Shown here: piece after piece, positions 14,753 to 27,719 of the stretch
How the letters are laid out: every line of letters starts with the position of its first letter
Numbering within the stretch: position 1 is the first letter of the stretch
NCBI GenBank assembly: GCA_964016885.1
Contig: OZ024742.1
Coordinates: 14,880,001-14,944,000, forward strand
Origin: Eledone cirrhosa
Lineage: Eukaryota
Length of the DNA stretch: 64,000 nucleotides
Direction of reading: 5' to 3'
Translations under genes and position numbers: made by a program
Notes under the pieces: model-generated
The model's database searches: none
Told to the model about the DNA's origin: nothing
Seen by the model: the letters and a program-made list of their open reading frames with translations, nothing else

Positions 14753-17184
14753 TATATATTAGACATACAGGTGACACTATAGATAATATATATTAGATAT
14801 ACAGGTAACACTATAATATATATTAGATATACAGGTGACACTATAATATATATTAGACATACAGGTGACACTATAATATATATTAGACATACAGGTGACA
14901 CTATAATATTATAGTGTCAACTGTATGTCTAATATATATTATTATGTCACCTGTATGTCTAATATATATTATAGTGTCACCTGTATGTCTAATATATATT
15001 ATTGTGTCACCTGTATATCTAATATATATTATTGTGTCAGCTGTATATCTACAGGTGACACAATAGATAATATATATTAGATATACAGGTGACACTATAA
15101 TATATATTAGATATACAGGTGACACTATAATATATATTAGACATACAGGTGACACGATAGATAATCATCATCATCATCATCATCATCAACGTTTAACGTC
15201 CGTGTTCCACGCTTGCATGGGTTTGATATATATTAGATATACAGGTGACACTATAATGTATATTACAAATACAGGTGACACTATAATATATATTAGATAT
15301 ACAGGTGACACTATAATATATATTAGATATACACGTGACACTATAATATATATTAGATATACAGGTGACATAATAATATATATTAGATATACAGGTGACA
15401 CTATAATATATATTAGACATACAGGTGACACAATAAAATATATTAGATATACAGGTGACACTATAATATATATTAGATATACAGGTGACACTATATATAT
15501 TAGATATACACGTGACACTATAATATATATTAGATATACAGGTGACATAATAATATATATTAGATATACAGGTGACACTATAATATATATTAGACATACA
15601 GGTGACACAATAAAATATATTAGATATACAGGTGACACTATAATATATATTAGATATACAGGTGACACTATAATATATATTAGATATACAGGTGACACTA
15701 TAATATATATTAGATATACAGGTGACACAATAATATATATTAGATATACTGGTGACACTATAATATATATTAGATATACAGGTGACACAATACTATATAT
15801 TAGATATACAGGTGACACAATAATATATATTAGATATACAGGTGACACTATAGATAATATATATTAGATATACAGGTGACACTATAATATATATTAGATG
15901 TACAGGTGACATAATAATATATATTAGATATACAGGTGACACTATAATATATATTAGATATACAGGTGACACTATAATATATATTAGATATACAGGTGAC
16001 ACTATAATATATATTAGACATACAGGTGACACTATAGTATATATTAGATATACAGGTGACACTATAATATATATTAGACATACAGGTGACACTCTAGATA
16101 ATATATATTAGACATACAGGTGACATAATAATATATATAAGACATACAGGTGACACTATAATATATGTTAGATATACAGGTGACACTATAGATAATATAT
16201 ATTAGACATACAGGTGACACTATAATATATATTAGATATACACGTGACACTATAATATATATTAGATATACAGGTGACACTATAATATATATTAGATATA
16301 CAGGTGACACTATAATATATATTAGACATACAGGTGACACTATAGTATATATTAGATATACAGGTGACACTATAATATATATTAGACATACAGGTGACAC
16401 TATAGATAATATATATTAGACATACAGGTGACATAATAATATATATAAGACATACAGGTGACACTATAATATATGTTAGATATACAGGTGACACTATAGA
16501 TAATATATATTAGACATACAGGTGACACTATAATATATATTAGATATACACGTGACACTATAATATATATTAGATATACATGTGACACTATAATATATAT
16601 TAGATATACAGGTGACACTATAATATATATTAGACGTACAGCTGACACTATAATATATATTAGATATACAGGTGACATAATAATATATATTAGATATACA
16701 GGTGACACTATAGATAATATATATTAGATATACAGGTGACACAATACTATATATTAGACATACAGGTGACACTATAATATATATTAGATATACAGGTGAT
16801 ACCATAGATAATATATATTAAACATACAGATGACACAATAATATATATTAGACATACAGGTGACACTATAATATATATTAGATATACTGGTGACACTATA
16901 ATATATATTAGATATACAGCTGACACAATACTATATATTAGATATACAGGTGACACAATAATATATATTAGATATACAGGTGACACAATAATATATATTA
17001 GATATACAGGTGACACTATAATATATATTAGATATACAGGTGACACTATAGATAATATATATTAGACATACAGGTGACACAATAATATATATTAGACGTA
17101 CAGATGACATAATAATATATATTAGATATACAGGTGACACTATAATATATATTAATATATATTATATTAATATATATTATATTA

Positions 17185-19898
17185 ACTTTTGCAAACAACC
17201 ACAATGACAGAGGACGGAGACATCGTTATGCTAGCAGGAGACTTCAATGGTCATGTTGGACAGCTCCAGGATGGTTACACTGGGGTACATGGTGGGCACG
17301 GTTACGGTTCAAGAAATGAAGAAGGAGTGAAACTTGTTGAATTTTGTGATGCGAGTACATTGACTATTTGCAACACAAACTTTCAGAAACCTGCCAATCA
17401 CCTAATAACCTACAAATCTGGTGAGCACATAAGTCAGATTGACTTCCTGCTAGTTAGGCAGCGGGACAGGCAGATAGTGTCTAATACCAAGGCATACCCT
17501 GGGGAAGAATGTACCCCACAGCATAGGTTAGTTGTTAGTGATATCTCAGTAAGCAAGAGATGGAATGAGACATATAGGAAGGTGTGGAGTAGAAAGGTCT
17601 GGAAGCTAAAAGACCTTTCACTAAAATACAAATTTAGGAAAGCCCTTCAAGATGTATATGACGAAAAAGAAGATGATTTAGAGACGTATGACATAGATGA
17701 TAACTGGAAGTTCTTACGTGACAACTTGCTGCAGGCTACTGATGAAACCTGTGGCTGGAGCAGAGCTCCAACCAGACAGAGAGTGACCTGGTGGTGGAAC
17801 AGCACAGTAGATAAGGCTATTAGAGACAAAAGACTAGAATGGAATGCTTGGAAAAAGGGTGGGAGTAGGGAAGAATATACAGCCACTAAGAGAGAAGCTA
17901 GACGTCAGGTGTACTTAGCACGCAGGGAGGCAGAGAGTAGGAGGTTTGCCAATGTTCTGCGACAGAAAGATCAGAGGCGTGCGGTGTTCCATATTGCAAG
18001 GCAGTGTGTCAATGCAAATCAGGATGTTGTTGGAGATAAATGTGTCCGGGATGATGCCGGTGTACTTAGTGTCACGAATGACCAGAAAAAGGAGGCCTGG
18101 AAATGTCATTATGAGAGACTGATGAATGTGGAGAACGAATGGGAGAGAAAGAAATTACCCTTGGTAGATCCGACAGAGGGACCAGCTATTGAGATTGACG
18201 AATATAGGGTCCAAGAGGCGATTAGGGAAATGAAAAATGGTAAGGCGGCCGGACCATCGGGAATAGTTGCTGAGATACTGAAGGCATCAGGGGACGGAGG
18301 CACTAAACTGGTTGCACGCATCATCAATCAGGCTATATATGGTGGTGTCATACCCAAAGACTGGTGCAGCAGTATTCTCATAAATTGCTACAAAGGTAAA
18401 GGGGATGCTTTGGAGAGGAGCAATTATAGGGGTATAAAACTGATAGATCAGGTTATGAAAGTGGCAGAAAGGATTTTAGCACAACTAATTAGAGAAAGGG
18501 TCAAACTAGATGAGATGCAGTTTTGTTTTGTGCCTGGGAAGAGTACAACAGATGCCCTCTTCTTGGTGAGACAAATGCAAGAGAGGTTCTTAGAGAAGAA
18601 TAAGCCACTATACTTAGCCTTTGTTGACCTAGAGAAGGCCTTTGATAGGGTACCCCGATCTGTCATCTGGTGGTCCCTAAGGAAGCTAGGTGTTGAGGAA
18701 TGGCTTGTGAGGACAGTGCAAACTTTGTACAGAGGTACTCTCAGTAAAGTCAGGGTAGGAATGGAGTTTAGTGAGGAATTCTAGATACAAGTAGGAGTAC
18801 ATCAGGGTTCGGTCCTCAGCCCGCTCTTGTTCATTATAGTCCTCCAAGCCATAACAGAGGAGTTTAAGACTGGCTGTCCATGGGAACTTCTCTATGCTGA
18901 CGATCTGGCTCTTAAAGCAGAATCAGTAGAGGAGCTAGAGAATAAATTCCGGCTATGGAAACAGCAGTTGGAAGCAAGAGGACTGAGAGTAAATCTAGCT
19001 AAGACAAAAGTGTTGATGAGTAGAAAAGAGGACAAAACCCTGTTTCCGTCAGGGAAATGGCCATGTTCGATATGCAGAAAAGGAACTGGCATAAATTCTA
19101 TAAAATGCACACAATGCAGGTCCTGGGTTCACAAGAGATGTAGCGGGATAGCAGGCAAACTAACAGGTAGGGAGAAATATGTATGCAGTAGATGTACAGG
19201 GAAATTAGACAGTAGAAGTCGCACTGATAGACACATTTTTCAAATGCGAGAGGTCGCTATAGAAGTGGTGGATAGCTTCCGGTACCTAGGAGATCAGATT
19301 AGCATGGGAGGAGGGTGTTCCGAGGCCATAGTATCTAGAATAAGGACGGGTTGGAAGAAGTTTAGGGAGCTGCTTCCTCTGTTGACGAAGAAGGGTTTCT
19401 CCCTGCGTACGAAAGGCCGGTTGTATGATGCCTGTGTGAGGAGCGCGATGCTGCATGGTAGTGAGACATGGGCAGCAACCGCAGAGGATATGCGACGGCT
19501 GGAGAGAAATGAGGCAAGCATGCTCCGTTGGATGTGCAGTGTAAATGTGCGTGAACGACCCAGCATAAAGGTGTTGAGAGAGAAACTGTGTCTGAGAGGG
19601 ATAGAATGTAGTGTACGGGAGAGGAGACTGAGGTGGTATGGACATGTGATGCGCATGGAGGATGACCGATGGGTGAAGAAGTGCCAGGAAATGCCAGTTG
19701 AAGGAAGACGTGGTAGAGGTAGACCACGAAAAACATGGGCGGAGGTGGTGAGAACAGACCTCAGATCATTGAAGCTCACGGTGGAGATGACGAGGGACCG
19801 TGACGAGTGGAGATATGCTGTGCTGAATAAGACCCGTCCCACCCTTGCAAGCAGGGAAAAGCGGACGTAAAATGATGATGATGATGATGATGATGATG
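17185..19898 (+). mobile_element. RTE-clade LINE, subfamily A, 5'-truncated (APE C-half, RT, PHD finger, (ATG)n tail)
   Basis: GDFNGHVG and SQIDF...QHRLV (APE); YRGIKL, FVDLEKAFDRV, QGSVLSP, YADD (RT); RGRGRPRKTW; one premature TAG at 18782 (CAG in the 30330 copy). Confidence 0.95.
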
Positions 19899-20257
19899 AC
19901 AGGTGACACAATAATATATATTAGATATACAGGTGACACTATAATATATATTAGATATACAGGTGACACTATAATATATATTAGATATACAGGTGACACT
20001 ATAATATATATTAGATATACAGGTGACACTATAATATATTTTAGATATACAGGTGACATAATAATTGTTTCTACTTTTGGCACAAGGCCAGTAATTACCC
20101 AGTGCATTACTGGTACTTTATTTTATCGACCCCGTAAAGATAAAAGGCAAAGTTAACCTCGGCGGGATTTGAACTCAGACCGTAAAGGGACGTAACTATG
20201 CTAGAAAGCATGGCGTCCAACCCTCTACTGATACTGCCAATAGGTGACATAATACTA

Positions 20258-20596
20258 TCATCATCATTTCATTTTACGTCCACTTTTCCCCTGCTTGCAA
20301 GGGTGGGACGGGAACTGATTCTGGCTTGATTTCTACAGCTGGATACCCTTCCTAACACCAACCTCATTTACAGTGAGTGCTGGGTGCTCTTTTGCCGTGG
20401 CACCTACACAACCACTTTGCAGTGGCATGCTAGGGACCCCAGTCCCTATCATCTCATTTCTACAGCTGAGTAGACTGGAGCAATGTGAAATAAAGTGTCT
20501 TGCTCAGGGAAACAACACATCACCCGGTCTGAGAATTGAACTCACAACCTTTCGATTGCAAGGCCAATGCTCTAACCACTAAGCCATGTGGCTCCA
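20258..20596 (-). mobile_element. SINE family 1 copy
   Basis: Near-identical to 14414-14752. Confidence 0.85.
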
Positions 20597-22489
20597 TATA
20601 TATTAGACATACAGGTGACACTATAGATAATATATATTAGATATACAGGTGATACTATAATATATATTAGACATACAGGAGACACTATAATATATATTAG
20701 ATATACAGGTGACACAATAATATATATTAGATATACAGGTGACACAATAATATATATTAGATATACAGGTGACACTATAATATATTTTAGATATACAGGT
20801 GACACAATAAAATATATTAGATATACAGGTGACACTATAATATATATTAGATATACAGGTGACACAATACTATATATTAGATATACAGGTGACACTATAA
20901 TATATATTAGATGTACAGGTGACACTATAATATATATTAGATATACAGGTGACACAATAATATATATTAGATATACAGGTGACACAATAATATATATTAG
21001 ATGTACAGGTGACACTATAATATATATTAGATATACAGGTGACACTATAATATATATTAGATATACAGGTGACACAATAATATATATTAGATATACAGGT
21101 GACATTATAATATATATTAGATATACAGGTGACACTATAATATATATTACATATACAGGTGACACAATAATATATATTAGATATACAGGTGACACTATAA
21201 TATATATCAGATATACTGGTGACACTATAATATATATTAGATATACAGATGACACAATACTATATATTAGATATACAAGTGACACTATAGATAATATATA
21301 TTAGATATACAGGTGACACTATAATATATATTAGATGTACAGGTGACATAATAATATATATTAGATATACAGGTGACACTATAATATATATTAGATATAC
21401 AGGTGACACTATAATATATATTAGATATACAGGTGACACAATAATATATATTAGATATAAAGGTGACACTATAATATATATTAGATATACAGGTGACACT
21501 ATAATATATTTTAGATATACAGGTGACACAATAAAATATATTAGATATACAGGTGACACTATAATATATATTAGATATACAGGTGACACAATAATATATA
21601 TTAGATATACAGGTGACACTATAATATATATTAGATATACAGGTGACATAATAATATATATTAGATATACAGGTGACACTATAATATATATTAGATATAC
21701 AGGTGACACTATAATATATATTAGATATACAGGTGACACTATAATATATATTTGATATACAGGTGACACAATACTATATATTAGATATACAGGTGACACA
21801 ATAATATATATTAGATATACAGGTGACACTATAGATAATATATATTAGATATACAGGTGACACTATAATATATATTAGATGTACAGGTGACATAATAATA
21901 TATATGAGATATACAGATGACACTATAATATATATTAGATATACAGGTGACACTATAATATATATTAAATATACAGGTGACACAATAATATATATTAGAT
22001 ATACAGGTGACATTATAATATATATTAGATATACAGGTGACACTATAATATATATTACATATACAGGTGACACAATAATATATATTACATATACAGGTGA
22101 CACAATAATATATATTAGATATACAGGTGACACTATATATATTAGATATACAGGTGACACTATAATATATATTAGATATACAGGTGACACTGTAATATAT
22201 ATTAGATATACAGGTGACACAATAATATATATTAGATATACAGGTGACACAATAATATATATTAGATATACAGGTGACACTATATATATTAGATATACAG
22301 GTGACACTATAATATATATTAGATATACAGGTGACACTATAATATATATTAGATATACAGGTGACACTATAATATATATTAGATATACAGGTGACACAAT
22401 AATATATATTAGATATACAGGTGACACTATAATATATATTAGATATACAGGTGACACTATAATATATATTAGATATACAAGTTCCTTAC

Positions 22490-22638
22490 AGTTGCAGCTG
22501 CCCCAATGATGTCTTGTTTGTATACAATAGCTGGAACCAGGCATTCATTTTGTATTGGAGTCGGTTTAGTAAAACCTTGCTCAGCCATTGCTTTGAGAAC
22601 AGGTTCAGGTACATAGAGGTGAGCCCAAGCACCCATAT
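22490..22638 (-). CDS. DDX24: DDX24 exon 4, Q motif (WAHLYVPEPVLKAMAEQGFTKPTPIQ...DIIGAAAT)
   Basis: GFxxPTPIQ Q motif; TTTAG acceptor and GTAAGG donor; 149 nt, phase 1 to 0. Confidence 0.93.
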
Positions 22639-23692
22639 CTAAAGAAAAGTAAGAAAATAATATTCTACAGTTAATGGAATTGGTGCTAGTTAAAATAGGA
22701 TAAGGATAAGAAAGGTTATTTAAAATAGGATAAATAAGAAAGGATAAAAAAAATTTTTTTTATCCATAACAACATATCTGACAAAGATTTTAATAAGTCC
22801 AACCCATGCAAGCATCGAAAAACAGATGTTTGATGATAATGATGATGTTGACAAACAATAAGACAAGGTTAAAGAATCTTATACACTGTATTTAACAGGG
22901 CAAATGTGAACCCCATAAGCCATAGTGAAAGCAACCTGTCTAGGAGAGCAGTCATTCAATAAAACTGATACAGAATAGAAAGGATTCTTTAGTCTGGTCA
23001 GACAACCTCTCTGGTGCTGGTGTCAAAAATAATATACCCAGTCCATGCTGTGAAGTTGCTGGTGATAGGAAGGGAATCCAGCCAGCAAACTTTACCAAAA
23101 ACCTTGACTAACACAAAACATAGTTTAAAATTTTGGTTTTACAGTTAGAAACACTGTCTATGGTTAAATGGTGAAATATGACATGGAGGAATGGAGTTTG
23201 ATTTTGTCAGGGAATCCAGGAGAGTTAATGGAAGGAGTATGGTTTCTAATTTAGGAACAAGACCAACAATTTGTGGAGAGTGAAAGTTGATTACATCAAC
23301 CCCCAATACATGATTTGTACTTTATTTTATTGACCTTGGATAGATGGAAAGCAAAGTTGACCATGGTGAGATTTGACCTCAGAACCTAAAGGTCTGTAAC
23401 TAAATAATGCAATGGATTTTGTTCAACGCTCTAATGATTCTGCTATTCCAGCATCTTTGGACAGAATATAAAACTCGTGGCCTTCCAACAGTTTCTATCT
23501 ACTACAAATTTCACCCACAAGGTAGGGTCGATCAGATGCTGTGGTAAAAGATACCACACTGTAAGCAGAGGAAACCAGAACTTTAATATTGCGAAGTGAA
23601 ATTGTTACCCATCTGACCCATGTTACTATCCATGATAATAAGTAAAAGTTTGTATAAGATACAATATAGAAAAAGAAATGTAATTCTCTCAC

Positions 23693-23758
23693 CTGGCAAT
23701 GGTTTTGTAGTGGTCTGTTCTTGGTCTTTTGTCTTTGATGGTTCTGCATCATTTTTAT
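23693..23758 (-). CDS. DDX24: DDX24 exon 3 (DKNDAEPSKTKDQEQTTTKPLP)
   Basis: Polypyrimidine tract plus CAG acceptor, GTGAGA donor; 66 nt, phase 1 to 1. Confidence 0.65.
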
Positions 23759-24119
23759 CTGTTTGGGATAAAATAGAAATCAAAGAATGAAGAGAATCTT
23801 CTTTGAAGTACAGTATATAAAAAGTAATTATTGATTTGTTACAAAGACACAGGGCCAAGTATTCGTGTTAACATAACATTGACCCCAGTGCATCACAGGT
23901 ACTTTATATGATCAACACCAGGAGGAAGGAAAAATATTAACCCTGGCAGGATTTCAAACTCAGAATATAACTAAATATGAGAAAGCACTTGTCTCCTCAC
24001 ACACTACTGGTTCTGCCGGTCCTAGGACCTTAAAAATAATGGCTTAACATCAGCTTTCCCTGTTAGCAAGGGTTGAATGGTCTACATAGACTAGGTCAGT
24101 ATTGAAGTAAGGCTGCTGA

Positions 24120-25000
24120 CCACAACACTACACAACCACTACAACAGGTACATAACACTACACAACCACTACAACTAGTACACAACACTACAACAGGTAC
24201 ACAACCACTACAACAGGTACATAACACTACACAACCACCACAACTGGTACATAACACTACACATCCACCACAACTGGTATATAACACTACACAACCACTA
24301 CAACAGGTACACAACACTACACAACCACCACAACACTACACAACCACTATAATAAGTACACAACACTACACAACCACCATAACACTACACAACCACTACA
24401 ACTGGTACATAACACTACACAACCACAACTGGTACATAACACTACACAACCACAACTGATACATAACACTACACAATCACCACAACACTACACAACCACC
24501 ATAACACTACACAACCACCACAACTGGTACACAACACTACACAACCACCTCAACACTACACAACCACCATAACACTACACAACCACCATAACACTACACA
24601 ACCACTGGTACATAACACTACACAACCACTACAACTGGTACACAACACTACAACACCACCATAACACTACACAACCACTACAACAGGTACACAACACTAC
24701 ACAACCACCACAGCTGGTACACAATACTACACAATCACTACAACTGGTACATAACACTACACAACCACCACAACACTACACAATCACCACAACTGGTACA
24801 TAACACTACACAACCACTACAACAGGTACATAACACAACACAACCACTACAACAGGTACATAACACTACACAACCACCACAACAGGTACACAATACTACA
24901 CAATCACTACAACTGGTACATAACACTACACAACCACCACAACTGGTACATAACACTACACAACCACGACAACAGGTACATAACACTACAACAGGTACAC
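24120..25000. repeat. ACAACC-rich minisatellite (~30-bp unit ACAACCACTACAACAGGTACATAACACTAC)
   Basis: Periodicity visible directly; lies in DDX24 intron 2. Confidence 0.9.
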
Positions 25001-25062
25001 CTTTACTTAAATACAATCAGTAATTTAACAATTAGGTTAAAATAAATAAAGACAATAATTAC

Positions 25063-25144
25063 CAAGTTTAGCCTTTTTTCTTTTTTTCTTCTTTTGTGAA
25101 GAAGTTTTGTTTAATTTTCTCTTTGGTGCTTTCTGGTCCGATTC
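25063..25144 (-). CDS. DDX24: DDX24 exon 2 (ESDQKAPKRKLNKTSSQKKKKRKKAKL, basic NLS-like)
   Basis: TTTCAG acceptor, GTAATT donor; 82 nt, phase 0 to 1, open frame joining its neighbours. Confidence 0.7.
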
Positions 25145-26853
25145 CTGAAAAGTCAATAAAAACTCATCAACTTTCTTTTAATTAACAGCTTCTTATATTA
25201 TTCACTGACTAACAACAACCAGTAACCTACACCATAGCTACCCTCCCTGGTACAAGGTATGACGAGGGCAAACTATCTCAGGTGTACAGAACTCCAGGCA
25301 CAATTTATGCCATTTTGTGTTTTATCCCATTAAAAAAAATAAAATAAAGGAATATATTCTGAGTATACTGGAGCAACGTCAAATGAAGTGTTTTGCTCAA
25401 GAGCACAAAACACAACCCAGTCCAGGAATCGAACCCATGACAGTATGATTGTGAATCCAACACTCTTACCACTAAGCCATGTGCCTCCATGACAATAAGC
25501 ATTTCAAGCTCTTAATAGTATATATACTGTTAACAGCCTGAAATGTTCATTTCATTATCCTTGATACTCACTACATAAAGATGTTCTGATGATGGTTTCA
25601 TGAATATCAAAGTTAATTAACGGTTAGTCAACAACTTATACCATCCCTTCCCCAATAAGTGTGGGAGAACCCTCCCTCTCACTGGTCTGCAGCACCTCAG
25701 GTGTAAACCACCTCGTGGTTAAAGAATGAAGAAAGTATTACCCCAGAGGATAACAAGGGAGATACCTAGAAGTAGCCAAGTAACTGACAAAGCTCACTTC
25801 TGCATGTGGACAACTCTGATAGCAGTAAATAGGGAGGTGGTTCGGGGATCAAGAATGCCAGAAGTTTCCACCACTACAGGTGAGAATAGTTTACCAACAC
25901 CAGGAGGCTAAAATGTAAAGTCATTTATTGGACTTCTTTTAATTCAGAATCAGGAAATACATAAAATACCAAATACAGTAAAACATTTAGTAGTGGCACA
26001 GCAAAAGAGATTCTGCTAATCCACCGTCCTTCTCGGGTGTAATAATGACAGGAGTCTCAATCCTACCGTGAAAAGGAACGTGAAATGACGTGTCGTGTGG
26101 CCTAGTCAAGGTATTGAATCGTCGTGAGTCTAATAACTTATTAGCGGCGGTTGTTATTGTTCATTGAATACTACTAATGGAGATGGTGACCACACATTTC
26201 GACTCACTGAGACACACAATTCATTTGTCATGGGTCACAAACATTCACATAGCACTTTATACGGGAGAGAGCGCAACTCACATCAAGCCAACAGTTACTA
26301 CATCAAATTATATCTGGGCACCACAATGAACAACTGACAAACCAATCCACTATTACAAATTATATCTGGTCACGACCAAACAATCTTCTTAACCGCCGCT
26401 ACACTTTAACCACAGTGTTTTATCTGAGAGAGAGGGAGCAACCCACGGCACACACCCATCAAGCCAACAGTTACTACAAATTCTGCCACATTACAATGAA
26501 CAACCAACTAACCAAATCACTGATATAAATTACATCTGGTCACCACAAACAATCTTAACCGCCTCTACACCTTAACCACTACGCCATGCACCATCACTAT
26601 TGCGTTATAACATCGCCACGAAGTGTTAGGGTTACTGTACAACGTAGAAGTTCGTTTTGATTACGTCAGAGTAAAGTGTAGTAACACATTAATTATCAAT
26701 TAATTAATTACTAAATAATCAGACAAGGAAAGGAGAGGCGGGCATTGAATGGAGCCTACATCAACAAGAGGCAAAAAACAGAAGACACGTGGTTGTTAAA
26801 TATAAGCAGTACACACACAGAGACAATGTTGGCGATATAGATATTATACTTAC

Positions 26854-26994
26854 AGAACCAAAAATAATTTGTCCATTCACTACTTGATAGTCACTAATTT
26901 CCTCTATACATACAAGGTTTTTGAATTCCTTGTCCGAAAAAAACTTTGGATCAACTTGCACGGGTTTCCAGTTAGGTTCCGATTTCTTCTCCAT
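26854..26994 (-). CDS. DDX24: DDX24 coding exon 1 (MEKKSEPNWKPVQVDPKFF...LVCIEEISDY...FGS)
   Basis: ATG at 26994; GTAAGT donor at 26853-26848; 141 nt, phase 0; W-K-x-V...L.C.EE..DY resembles the DDX24/Mak5 N-terminus. Confidence 0.85.
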
Positions 26995-27389
26995 CTTAGT
27001 TAAAGGTTTCTATAAAACATGGAATGTCAACCGGTGTTAGTTTAACGAAATGAAACTCACAATATTTTTCAAAAATGTTGTTATGTCACTTACGTATCAT
27101 TATTATAATATAATCTGTTTAAATTTAATTATAATTAATATAATTAATGTTGCAATTATTACTAATTGAATCCAAAATTGATGTAAATTGCTTACAAATA
27201 ATTTTATCCGACTAAGATCTAATGAATTTTAATTTCGAAAGATGTTAAAGAAGAAGGTTATCCCCCTTGCCTCATATCCAGTCTAAATATTTCATCCTAT
27301 TTTCCAAGTTAGTGCAGTCGACGAATCAGCCAAGTTGGTAAAACGTCCGATAGAATACTTTTCAGTATTTTGTTCCGAGTCTCCAAGCG

Positions 27390-27690
27390 GTGCAGACATG
27401 AATTGGCCACTCCACATCACATACGACTTATATCGAAAGTCCTCATGTACAATGTTTCTTAAAGTGTGCTTTCAATCTCTGAGCTCCTTAACAGGGGTTC
27501 TCATTGATAATTTTCTGCACCTTTCTTACAAATTTGGATGTTCTAGTGGTATTAGGACCCTTAGCAGGCGTTTTACATTTGACTACTGCTGTAGAATCTC
27601 CATCAGCTGCTTCCAACTCTTTGAGATCTTTGACAACTTTCAGTGAGCAATCTTTGAAGGGCTATTCTCTGCATTTAATGCAATGACTAC
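27390..27690 (-). mobile_element. Decayed Tc1/mariner transposase N-terminal (HTH) fragment
   Basis: Manual translation RTSKFVRKVQKIINENP...RNIVHEDFRYKSYVM..GQFMS resembles mariner/maT HTH regions; stops and frameshifts present. Confidence 0.55.
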
Positions 27691-27719
27691 AGCATGCTTT
27701 TTAATTTGCTGAGTTAGTT

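Larger units (their letters stand above)
9817..22480. repeat. 30-bp minisatellite array (consensus GGTGACACTATAATATATATTAGATATACA), roughly 270 units, interrupted by SINEs and an RTE
   Basis: 30-nt periodicity visible directly, with occasional 34-nt and 27-nt variant units; fills the DDX24 intron 9667-22489. Confidence 0.98.

Noticed and set aside
19286-19911. Antisense ORFs over RTE copies (also 31572-32263 and 41063-41619)
   Set aside because: Shadows of the RT frame; recurrence reflects copy identity and there are no recognisable motifs
9817-22480. CRISPR-like 30-bp repeat array
   Set aside because: Units are head-to-tail with no unique spacers, there are no cas genes, and the context is a eukaryotic intron
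9723-22544. Long ORFs of SPVYLIYIIV / YTGDTIIYIR repeats
   Set aside because: Artefacts of a 30-bp stop-free repeat inside an intron
24096-25016. Cys-rich ORFs resembling metallothionein or keratin-associated proteins
   Set aside because: Translation of an ACAACC minisatellite in a DDX24 intron
25580-25640. CTGATGA hammerhead-like word
   Set aside because: Followed by GAAT rather than GAAA, with no consistent stems
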